Positions 22,701 to 32,050 of a stretch of 64,000 bases of DNA are shown here, one piece after another. Numbering within the stretch: the first letter of the stretch is position 1; the number at the start of each line of letters is the position of its first letter. The stretch is from NCBI GenBank assembly GCA_965240325.2, contig OZ251244.1, positions 558,001-622,000 of the forward strand, read 5' to 3'. The notes beneath the pieces were generated by a model that had not been told where the DNA came from, made no database searches, and worked only from the letters and a program-made list of their open reading frames with translations. A program made the translations under genes and the position numbers. Origin of the DNA: Rebecca billardiae RCC1528 (Eukaryota > Protista > Haptophyta).

Positions 22701-23369
22701 ACGGGCGCGAGAGGCGGTGGCAGCGGCAGCGGCAGCGGCAGCGGCAGCGGCAGCGGCAGCGGCAGCGGCAGCGGCAGCGGCAGCGGCAGCGGCAGCGGCA
22801 GCGGCAGCGGCAGCGGCAGCGGCGGCGGCGGCGGCGGCGCCGACTGCAGCGGCAGCGGCAGTCCTGTGACTGTCCTGCTCGAGTCCGGGTGCGATGCGCT
22901 CACGGACCCGACGGACGCAGCGCCCGCCGCGAGCCCAACGGGCTTCGCCCTCTGGCGCGCCGACGTGCTCGCTCGGCGTGGCGCTCACGTCCTGCGAGTG
23001 CCGAGCGAGGCGTGGGAGAGCGCGCGGCGCGCGGGCGGCGCGGACGCGGCAGCCGAGGCCTTGGAGGGAGCGCGCGCGCCGCGAGCGCGGCTGGCGCGCA
23101 GCCTGCTCGCTGCAATCGACGAGGCGGCGCGCTCGCTCCCGCCCGCGGCCAGTGGCGGCAGCATCATCACCTTCGACCTGCGCCCCGCCGCCGGCGGGGC
23201 TGCGCCGCACGACGCTGGTGCGTCGCCCACCGCCGCTTCGCCAGCGGCAGCCGTGCTCGCCACCGCTGGCCACTCCGCTGGCGACGCTCACGGCCACGCT
23301 GCTGCGACGGTGGCGGCCGATGATGCCGAGTGCCGCAGTGACGGTGCGGCGCTGTCGTCATCGCGGTAG
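19800..23369 (+). CDS. Organelle-targeted helical-repeat RNA-binding protein with degenerate C-terminal RAP domain (FASTK/HPR-like)
   Basis: Arg/Ala-rich presequence; FNGVNFATAL; repeats such as FDLTELSSLAYAIA, YSVTELSTVSWAYG and LTAAQVSKLAWAFA; RAP-like PTGFALWRADVLARRGAHVLRVPSEAW. Confidence 0.8.
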   Translation: MAARGPLRAWAQAALTLGGGAHALRAACRLRVPSRSAALGAAGGGTARAPVLRRLLHASARARVHAEPSADAAEAARAPDAPRTAARPAAASPAPARHPAAPHIRLNKELLTKRSVRGVLGVWERARAKGGFNGVNFATALSQIARYRSAKDATRLATETRLITLLDSLADGIQAAEREADGRAPAVGRPMVGAETARAPHAGQPVAVELDDRALSSCAHSLGMLAMSWGKARPPANDRVLALLAAAAVRRTARLAPRHLAWAGWGLAVSGNLRVAYAVDALAKAALPRLGDFDLTELSSLAYAIAIARVDARASLLPAIAEATHAHMVGAGPAAAAAAASASAEAAEAAHADAARPARAAGARDEPLDLRAIIYIVWSLAKCDTRTPAAIAVYKAVTHELTLRGAREQLSSSVVSMAVWALVSVRAPASGVFEVLGPTVEAHAARYSVTELSTVSWAYGSAAHLWGVHAAAPLTSVAAAAQDRLGEFSLPQASRLLWGLACAQQVSARSAQLARVAPPGTRPAPDSAPDFTPVLLAFEPHVASALRALVPGAAAGDERGEGEGEGVGGRARARSAAPPPDSMQIRRAMIDVAFAYAVAGAHSERLLSALVAAALPRLEQFEVGGLAHLADALSRARTPEGALAIEPGFYAALGDAACARVSALPIADSVRLTAALARARAPHAPLLSAIGSVEAARAEALDDSQLTLLAVSFADQRVRHGALFAALAHTVESRASTLNRAAVAHIARSFVRLGYAPAPLLRALERQTLSNNAGKLTAAQVSKLAWAFAMAGMGGPQLFDTLARRASAKAYAMSRTVAADALLGFELARARAAADRGADGADGGGADGGGGEAAMGGEHWTTLLHQMWTKEAPIDIGRISAEVLCKLNDALAVRALGGAARAGETPVSDAPTWVALERASRAAAAERGARAAEGARELSAALSELGWVHVLEPCAQDSHLLGEAVQLTGARGGGSGSGSGSGSGSGSGSGSGSGSGSGSGSGSGSGSGGGGGGADCSGSGSPVTVLLESGCDALTDPTDAAPAASPTGFALWRADVLARRGAHVLRVPSEAWESARRAGGADAAAEALEGARAPRARLARSLLAAIDEAARSLPPAASGGSIITFDLRPAAGGAAPHDAGASPTAASPAAAVLATAGHSAGDAHGHAAATVAADDAECRSDGAALSSSR
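22719..22820 (+). repeat. (GGCAGC)17 coding microsatellite encoding a (Gly-Ser)n tract
   Basis: Perfect hexamer run in frame within the RAP-like region. Confidence 0.95.
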
Positions 23370-23528
23370 CATCAATAGCCGTACTGAGACTGGGCCACCG
23401 AGTGCCACGTCCGTCCGTGACGTCCGTCTCGCGACTCGCACCGGATGCGCCAGTGCCGGGCCGCCAGTCCGCGCGGCCACACGCCCACACGGGGGCGGAC
23501 AGTCGGCACAGTCGCTGCCGTGCGCACC

Positions 23529-24203
23529 ATGCAGTCCGTGACCGGCACGCACCCGGAGCAGCGGCGCACGTCGCCGCCGCGTGGCGGCGCGGCGGCGCGC
23601 GGCCGCATCCACGACCCGACGCGCTACCTGTCGCAAAGTGCGCACGCGGCGATTCTGGAGCGGCTGGAGACGAGCGGCGGCGCGCAGACCGACAGCCGGC
23701 GCGGCTCGCGCCGCCCGTCGATCACCGGCCTGCGCAAGACGTCGCGGCTGCTGCTCCGCTCGAGCATGCAGCAGCGCCCCAGGACCGCCAGCGGGACAAT
23801 GAGCAACAGGCAGAGCAGCGGCTTCAACGGCAGTCGCTCGTCGACGGCGACGGGCACGCCGCTGGCGCAGGGCTTCAGGAAGGCGAGCATCGCCGTGCTG
23901 CCCGACGAGCGATGCGACAGCGACGTCGACGATCGCGACAGTCCCGCCCGCGGTGGCTCCGGCGCCCCGCCCGCTGGACTCGTCAGCGGCCTCAGCGGGC
24001 GCTCGAGCTCAGGCGGCGGCTGCGGAGCCTGCTCGGCGGCGTCGATGGCGACGACGGCTCCGCCCGGCAGCGGCGGGCGACAGCAGCAGGGGAATGCGCC
24101 CGCCGCCGCCTGCCGGTGGGGCGACGGCCGGGCCATGCCAGCAGTGGTCCTACCGCCCATCAGCACGGCGGACGAGGCTACGACTGGCAGCACGACGGCG
24201 TAG
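23529..24203 (+). CDS. Hypothetical Ser/Arg-rich low-complexity protein
   Basis: ORF from MQSVTG with GC3-biased codons and a short ordered patch (IHDPTRYLSQSAHAAILERLE); no family recognised. Confidence 0.35.
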   Translation: MQSVTGTHPEQRRTSPPRGGAAARGRIHDPTRYLSQSAHAAILERLETSGGAQTDSRRGSRRPSITGLRKTSRLLLRSSMQQRPRTASGTMSNRQSSGFNGSRSSTATGTPLAQGFRKASIAVLPDERCDSDVDDRDSPARGGSGAPPAGLVSGLSGRSSSGGGCGACSAASMATTAPPGSGGRQQQGNAPAAACRWGDGRAMPAVVLPPISTADEATTGSTTA

Positions 24204-24284
24204 GCGGTAGGGTCTGCCATAGTACTAGTAGGCTGCTTAGCTAGCTACTGCTAGCTAGTGGAGTCGTCGTCTATATATATATAT

Positions 24285-27200
24285 GTCTAGCCGTCCTCGT
24301 GAACGCCGACGCCAACTGCTGGCCGAAGGTGGGCACGCCGCCTGGCATGTCGATGCCGAGGCGGCTGCGTGTGTTCCTACTCAGTGGGATTTACGTGTCC
24401 TCATGCCTTGGCGAGCGGCAGCAGATGCGGTGGGCATGCCGCTCGCCGTCGACGAGACGCGGTGCGTGAGTGATCCCGTTTCATGGTGTGTTGGGGAGCA
24501 CCGCGTGGAGGAGAATCCCATTGAGTGATGGGAAGGAAAGGGGGCATCGGGATCACTCACGCACCGCGTCTCGTCGACGGCGAGCGGCATGCCCACCGCA
24601 TCTGCTGCCGCTCGCCAAGGCATGAGGACACGTAAATCCCACTGAGTAGGAACACACGCAGCCGCCTCGGCATCGACATGCCAGGCGGCGTGCCCACCTT
24701 CGGCCAGCAGTTGGCGTCGGCGTTCACGAGGACGGCTAGACGTGGGGTTATTGGTACAATAACTGATTGTCTAAGAGGACGACAAGAACGCCGGGCGCCA
24801 GCGCCGCTCATCAGCCACATCGCCCTCTACCAGACCATCGCCTCAAAGGGCGCTGCTCCCGGACAAACAGTCTGTCCGGGTTGTTCTGCCGCCCAGGAGA
24901 TCGATTTCCGGCGCCGGCCTCTGCCGCCTGCTTCGCCAGGCGCGGGCGCGCGAGATGGCTGCAGCCGGGCTCGTGGCCCTGCGTCGCCGGCGGCGGCGGC
25001 TCGCACGCGGGTGGCGCGCCGCCTGCTTCGCCAGGCGCGGCGTGCGAGATGGCTCCAGCCAAGCTCGTCCTGCGTCGCCGGCGGCGGCGGCTCGCACGCG
25101 GGTGGCGCGTCGCGTGCACCGACCAACATCTTTCGGCAACTCGGCGGTAAGCAACGCTCCGCATCGCGCCCCCTCGCGCTTCGGGCCACCGCCTCTTCTC
25201 TCTCTGTGTGCGTGCGCACCCTGTGGCTCTTCCGCACCCGCCCCGATCGCACCGTTCCCTCTTCGCCACATGCCTCCTCCTCCGTGGGTGCGCCCCCACG
25301 CGGATCGCTGCTCCATCTCTCCCGCCCTGCCTCGGGATCGCCCCGGTGCCAACGCCAGCCGGCTCCTACACAAGGACCGCTGGCGGCACACCGCGCGCCG
25401 GGCCCCGTGCGCACCCGCGGGCCATTCACAGCATCCGCAAAGGCCGTCTAGCCTTCTCCTGCTTCCGCAGCGCCGCGCCTCGGGGCCGGCTGCCTGCTAT
25501 CTCTCCTATTCGGGTTCCGTCTCACTCGCACTGCCCCACCTGCCCAGCCCCCGCTGGCCGGCCCTCGTGCGTGCGCGACTCACACGTGCCTTGCCCCCTT
25601 TCCTTCCCATCACTCAATGGGATTCTCCTCCACGCGGTGCTCCCCAACACACCATGAAACGGGATCACTCACGCACCGCGTCTCGTCGACGGCGAGCGGC
25701 ATGCCCACCGCATCTGCTGCCGCTCGCCAAGGCATGAGGACACGTAAATCCCACTGAGTAGGAACACACGCAGCCGCCTCGGCATCGACATGCCAGGCGG
25801 CGTGCCCACCTTCGGCCAGCAGTTGGCGTCGGCGTTCACGAGGACGGCTAGACGTGGGGTTATTGGTACAATAACTGATTGTCTAAGAGGACGACAAGAA
25901 CGCCGGGCGCCAGCGCCGCTCATCAGCCACATCGCCCTCTACCAGACCATCGCCTCAAAGGGCGCTGCTCCCGGACAAACAGTCTGTCCGGGTTGTTCTG
26001 CCGCCCAGGAGATCGATTTCCGGCGCCGGCCTCTGCCGCCTGCTTCGCCAGGCGCGGCGTGCGAGATGGCTCCAGCCAAGCTCGTCCTGCGTCGCCGGCG
26101 GCGGCGGCTCGCACGCGGGTGGCGCGTCGCGTGCACCGACCAACATCTTTCGGCAACTCAGCGGTAAGCAACGCTCCGCATCGCGCCCCCTCGCGCTTCG
26201 GGCCACCGCCTCTTCTCTCTCTGCGTGCGTGCGCACTTTGTCTCTTCCGCACCCCCGATCGCCACCGTTCCCTCTTCGCCACATGCCTCCTCCTCCGTGG
26301 GTGCGCCCCCACGCGGATCGCTGCTCCATCTCTCCCGCCCTGCCTCGGGATCGCCCCGGTGCCAACGCCAGCCGGCTCCTACACAAGGACCGCTGGCGGC
26401 ACACCGCGCGCCGGGCCCCGTGCGCACCCGCGGGCCATTCACAGCATCCGCAAAGGCCGTCTAGCCTTCTCCTGCTTCCGCAGCGCCGCGCCCGCGGGGC
26501 GGGCTGCCTGCTATCTCTCCTCTTCGGGTTCCATCTCACTCGCACTGCCCCACCTGCCCAGCCCCCGCTGGCCGGCCCTCGTGCGTGCGCGACTCACACG
26601 TGCCTTGCCCCTTTCCTTCCCATCACTCAATGGGATTTCTCCTCCACGCGGTGCTCCCCAACACACCATGAAACGGGATCACTCACGCACCGCGTCTCGT
26701 CGACGGCGAGCGGCATGCCCACCGCATCTGCTGCCGCTCGCCAAGGCATGAGGACACGTAAATCCCACTGAGTAGGAACACACGCAGCCGCCTCGGCATC
26801 GACATGCCAGGCGGCGTGCCCACCTTCGGCCAGCAGTTGGCGTCGGCGTTCACGAGGACGGCTAGACGTGGGGTTATTGGTACAATAACTGATTGTCTAA
26901 GAGGACGACAAGAACGCCGGGCGCCAGCGCCGCTCATCAGCCACATCGCCCTCTACCAGACCATCGCCTCAAAGCGCTGCTCCCGGACAAACAGTCTGTC
27001 CGGGTTTGTCGCCGCGGAGATCTGCTGTTTCCGGCGCCCCCTGGCTGCTTCGCCAGGCGCGGGCGCGCGAGATGGCTGCAGCCGGGCTCGTGGCCCTGCG
27101 TCGCCGGCGGCGGCGGCTCGCACGCGGGTGGCGCGTCGCGTGCACCGACCAACATCTTTCGGCAACCCGCCCACCCAGGGCCCGTTGGTCTGGTGCTCGG

Positions 27201-27890
27201 GCGGCGGGACCACAACACCCGCCGTCCGACCGCCCGGTCCTGCGGCGCTGCACTTAGGGCTCTTGGGATTTACGTGTCCTCATGCCTTGGCGAGCGGCAG
27301 CAGATGCGGTGGGCATGCCGCTCGCCGTCGACGAGACGCGGTGCGTGAGTGATCCCGCGCGGACGTCCGCTGACGGAAGGCTGAGCGCCTGCGGACTCGT
27401 CGACTGAACCTCCACCTGACCGCCCGGGAGCAGCACTGCTGGGGACCTAACCTGAAAAACCCAATCGTGTTGGGAGGCAGGGGGTCACATGAGCCCTAAG
27501 TGCAGCGCCGCAAGACCGGGCGGTCGGACGGCGGGTGTTGTGATCCCGCCGCCCGAGCACCAGACCAACGGGCCCTGGGTGGGCGGGTTGCCGAAAGATG
27601 TTGGTCGGTGCACGCGACGCGCCACCCGCGTGCGAGCCGCCGCCGCCGGCGACGCAGGACGAGCTTGGCTGGAGCCATCTCGCACGCCGCGCCTGGCGAA
27701 GCAGGCGGCAGAGGCCGGCGCCGGAAATCGATCTCCTGGGCGGCAGAACAACCCGGACAGACTGTTTGTCCGGGAGCAGCGCCCTTTGAGGCGATGGTCT
27801 GGTAGAGGGCGATGTGGCTGATGAGCGGCGCTGGCGCCCGGCGTTCTTGTCGTCCTCTTAGACAATCAGTTATTGTACCAATAACCCCAC
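24285..27890. mobile_element. 3.6-kb non-coding foldback/tandem element inserted in (TA)n
   Basis: ATATAT|GTCTAGCC...AACCCCAC|ATATAT; left hairpin arms 24285-24478 and 24548-24741; tandem units 24742-25853 and 25854-26867; right inverted arms 26868-27262 and 27491-27890. Confidence 0.9.
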
Positions 27891-28228
27891 ATATATATAG
27901 AAGTTCGTCGTCGCAGTCGTAGCAGCAGCAGCCACTACTGTATACACTCTACAGCAGATGACTACTACGACTGATGGCACTGCATATCATGTTGACGAAT
28001 GATGACGAGGACGATGTCGAGTCCGAGCACGGAGCAGTCGTCGTCACACTCGTCTGTCGTCACACTGACACTCTGACGACACTCACATCATGATGCCATC
28101 GTCGTAGTCGCGCACGCGCGACTCGACAACGCGCGATACGCGGCGCTGCTGCCGCTGCTAGCTAGTACGTCTTATCGTCGATCAACTACATGACGCGAGT
28201 TCATCAGACTCCGTCAACCACGCGGCGC

Positions 28229-30288
28229 TCAGGCGGCCCGCAGCAGCAGGCGATGCTGCGTGGCTCGCCCGAGCGCGCCCGCGCTCCGCAGCAGCTTGAG
28301 CCTCGCGCCGTCCGTGGCGGTCCGGAAGGCGGAGTTGACCTTGTCCATGAAGGGGAGGAGCACGCCCAGCTCGTACAGCGGCGCGGCGATCGCCAGCAGC
28401 AGTAGGCACACGCCGAAGAAGAGGACCGCCCAGATCTCCGCGGTGCGCAGCATCGAGCCCGCCCGCTGCGCGCGCGAGCCGTGCACGACCACGGCCGAGC
28501 GCAGCGGCGTGTTCACGTGCTGCCACCGCCGCAGCACGATGGAGAGAAAGGCGGGTAACACGAAGAGGAGCAGCGCGGCGCACGCGCCCGAGAGCACGTC
28601 GTACACGCACGCGAGGTACTGCTCGGGCACGCCGAGGCCCACGCCGCCCGCCGCGACCAGCAGCGCGCACACCGCGAGCGAGTGCGCCGGACCGGCCGAG
28701 CCCGGAGTCGCAGCCTCGGCGGCATGCACGCGCGTCGCCGCGCGCCTCGCCGCCGCGGCGCGCCGCCGGTCGGCGAGGCGGCGGCCCGAGCGGTCGCGGC
28801 AGTTGTGGCAGCAGGTGCAGCCGCCGACGCACGCGGCGCAGCGGGGCGCGCACAGCGTGCTGAACGCCGACTGCAGGCAGCGCGCGGCGACCAGCCCCTG
28901 CTGTGGCATCCCCAGCAGCAGGCACACCAGCGCGGCCAGCTGAAGGGCTGCTGTCGAGGAGTCGGGTCGCGCAGGATTGGCGGAGGGCGGCGGCGGCGTG
29001 CCGGCTGCATCGGCTGAGTTGGGCGTGAGGCCCTGCAGCACGCTGAGCGCCGTGCCGGCCGGGAACGCGAGGCGAGACGCGATCGCCACGGCGAAGAAGG
29101 CGCACGCGCAGCTGTCGCCGTCGGGATCGGCGCGCGCGGCCGCGGCGCACGGCGGCGCGCGCGATCGGGCGCGCACGTGTCAGCTCGGTGGGAGCGCGCG
29201 CGCGCGCGCGGATCGGTGGCGGCGCGCGCGCGGCACCCGCCGCACGGGTCGGCCCCGCGCCGCGCGCACCCGACCAGCATCACGCGCACCAGCCACTCCA
29301 TCTTCGTGCGCTTCGAGACGAAGCGCGACGAGCGCAGCTTGTGCTCGAGCTCGCGCGTGTCGCGCGCGTTGGCGCGCCGCAGCTCGGCAAAGAGCATCGG
29401 CAGCGTGGAGTGGCCCTGCATGGCGACGCACCAGAGCAGGACGAGCCGCGCGTACTCGAGGTTGCTCGCCACGTCGTTGCTCAGCTCGAGCGCCAGCTGC
29501 AGCTTGTGCCGCCCGAGCGAAAGTGCATGCAGCGCGATCGAGGCAACAAACAGTGCCAGCGCCATGCCTGAGCCCGCACTCGCCGCGCGCAGCGCGCGCA
29601 GCGAGGACGCGCGCATCATGGGGAAGAGCAGGCTCGCGAGCGCCGCCATCATCACGATCGTGCCAAAGTGCATCAGCGGCGAGTCCCGCGTGATCTCCAC
29701 GCCCGACAGGATCGCCAGGATGCTCGGCAGCAGCTGGTAGAGCAGCCGCGTGCACGCGGCCAGCTGCGCGACCTGGAAGACGACGGTGCTCCAGTCGACG
29801 AGCGCGCGGCCGGCGCAGCCGGCGATGGTGTACGCGACGTCGGAGTACGTCCCGCACCGCGTCACCTCGGTCACCTCCAGCAGCATCCCCGCCGATCGGT
29901 CGATCAGCAGCGGCACGGCCGCGCAGAGCACGATCAGACCCGAGACGGAGCACTTGCCCGCCGTGCGCGTGACGTCGAGGAGCGAGTGGCCCGCCGTGAC
30001 GGCGAAGAGCGTGATGAGCGTCTGCATCATCGACGCGCCGCGCAGCGCGCCGAACGACGTGGTGAGGTGGTTCGAGTTGAGGTCGAGCTTGCGGCCGCGC
30101 GGGTTCGCGGGCAGGTCGATCCCAAACGCGGCCGAGTCGGGCTCGAGGCTGGTGAGCGAGACGGCGCTCGACGAGGGCGTGTCGGAGGGGTGGGCGCCAA
30201 CGTTCGGCCCGCCCGCGAGCAGCGACTCGTGCGCGTCCCACTCGTCCGGGCCGAGCATCATCCCGGGGCTGCTGCCCGACGACGGCAT
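28229..30288 (-). CDS. Amino-acid transporter, AAAP/SLC38-like; intron 29112-29269
   Basis: About 10-11 hydrophobic segments; GASMMQTLITL...AG, TYSDVAYTIAG, SSLRALR..S, AMQGHSTLPMLFAEL and V.SGA.....FVLP match the family layout. Confidence 0.75.
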
Positions 30289-30867
30289 CTTCGCGGGGAT
30301 CGCGCCTGCTGCTTGCTGCACGGGGCCGCGGTGATGGACAGCGAGCCCGCCGCGACGGGAAGACGAGCCTCGTGCGGTGGAGCGCTCTCGCGATGCCGAG
30401 CGAAAATACCGCAAACTCGGTCTGAAACGTTTCTTCCTCAAAACCAGCACTACTGATTCTTTGATACTTCAGAGCGTCCGGCGCCTTCGTCGGACATGCC
30501 GTGCGGCCTGCAACAAACGGGTCTCTGCCGGCTCTGCCCCAAACAGGCACATCGGCTCCGCGACAGACTGCGCCCAAGCTCTGACGTCCGCCCGGGACCG
30601 CGGCACCCAGGATTCCCCGCCCAGGATCATACACCGACACATGCGCCGCGTGCCGATGGTGACGATACTGATTGGTGGCGGCTCGGCTTGCCAGGCCACC
30701 ACGGTCGTGAAGAGGCAATCCCATCCGTCGCCTCGAGCTTCGGACAGCCCCTGGGCCTCCCTCACACGCAGAAACAGCAGCCAACGGACCATGCGGTAAA
30801 CCCGTCTCCAGCGCCACAGCCAGCTGCGCTGCCCTGCGCTTTGCACTCCCCGCACTTAGGAGATCGT

Positions 30868-31385
30868 TTACGGCACAGGTGGAAGGTTCTTCACCTTTGG
30901 CAGGTAGTACATCTCGACGTACTGGTCGACCATGTAGTCCGGAATATCGCACACCCACTTTGGCAGCCCCGCGCCGTCCCCCGGGTAGCGCATGTACTTG
31001 CTCGAGCCGAATTGCCAGGGCACTGCGCACGCGGCCGGCATGGGCGTGGCGCGTATCGCACCACTCGGGATCGGCTGACAGCGGGGGCGCAGCGAGTGGT
31101 GGGGGAGGCGGGGGCGATGCACATGGCGATGGATAAGCGGGGGCGCAGGCACGCACGCTTGTACGGATCCGGATGCGCCCAGTGCTTGAGCATCGCGTCC
31201 GCGTCGTCGCACAGCTTCTCGGCAAGCGCCGGGCTCTGCACGTGGCGGTTGGCCTCAAACTGCTTGCGCAGGTCCTTCGCCTCGGCGATGAAGAGTTCGC
31301 GGTCGACGGTCCAGTTGAACAGGGTCTTCAGCGACCGCCGATACAGCGTACACACGCGCAGCGTGTGCGTGCTGGGCGCCGCCAT
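30868..31385 (-). CDS. NDUFB9: Complex I accessory subunit B22 (LYR family); intron 31023-31156
   Basis: VCTLYRRSLK...W, R..FEANR, HPDPYK|LPWQFGSSKYMR after splicing. Confidence 0.9.
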
Positions 31386-31552
31386 GCCTCGCACCTCGGT
31401 GGCCTCCTCGGCGATGGCAGCCCTCGCCGAGTCGGGGGAATAAAATAGCGTGTGGGGATTGATTTTCTTTTTGAACCGCCCGGGCCCGGACTCGCCAACC
31501 GCCTCGCCTTGCCGCAGCGCTCTCCAGGCACCGCGCGTTCGAAGCGGGCGCC

Positions 31553-32050
31553 ATGAGCCTGGCCACCTCGCGGCTGGCGGCCGAGCGCAAGAGCTGGCGG
31601 AAGGACCATCCGCACGGGTTTGTCGCGAAGCCCGCAACGCGAGCTGACGGCTCGGCCGACTTGCTCACCTGGCACTGCCGCGTGCCCGGCAAGGAGGGCA
31701 CGATCTGGGAGGGCGGCGTGTACCCGGTGAAGCTCGCGTTCTCGACGGACTACCCGACGCGCCCTCCCGTCTGCTCGTTCGAGCAGCCAGGCTTCTTGCA
31801 CCCGAACGTGTACGATGACGGCAAGATCTGTCTGTCGATCATCAACGACCCCGCGCAGGGCGGCACGTGGAAGCCGGCGATCACCATCAAGACCATCCTC
31901 CTCGGCATCCAGGAGTTGTTGGACGACCCAAACATCAAATCGGCCGCGCAGCAGCGGGGGTACGACCTGTACAGGCATAACCGCGCGCAGTACACCAAGC
32001 TGGTCAAGGCGCAGGCGCAGCGCTTCGCGCCCACCGATCTCACCCTCTGA
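31553..32050 (+). CDS. UBC9: SUMO-conjugating E2 enzyme
   Basis: RLAAERKSWRKDHPHGFVAKP, PGKEGTIWEGG, HPNVY..GKICLSI, WKPAITIK.ILLGIQELL; intronless. Confidence 0.95.
   Translation: MSLATSRLAAERKSWRKDHPHGFVAKPATRADGSADLLTWHCRVPGKEGTIWEGGVYPVKLAFSTDYPTRPPVCSFEQPGFLHPNVYDDGKICLSIINDPAQGGTWKPAITIKTILLGIQELLDDPNIKSAAQQRGYDLYRHNRAQYTKLVKAQAQRFAPTDLTL

Noticed and set aside
24735-24748. CTAG near the unit end as a Helitron 3' terminus
   Set aside because: The end is CTAGAC, the other end starts GTGGGG rather than TC, and no GC-rich hairpin sits at the expected position.
27817-27850. CTGATGAG followed by a GC stem as a possible hammerhead ribozyme (retrozyme or Penelope-type)
   Set aside because: No GAAA follows the putative stem II, so the catalytic core is incomplete by eye. 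A covariance-model search would be needed to revive it.
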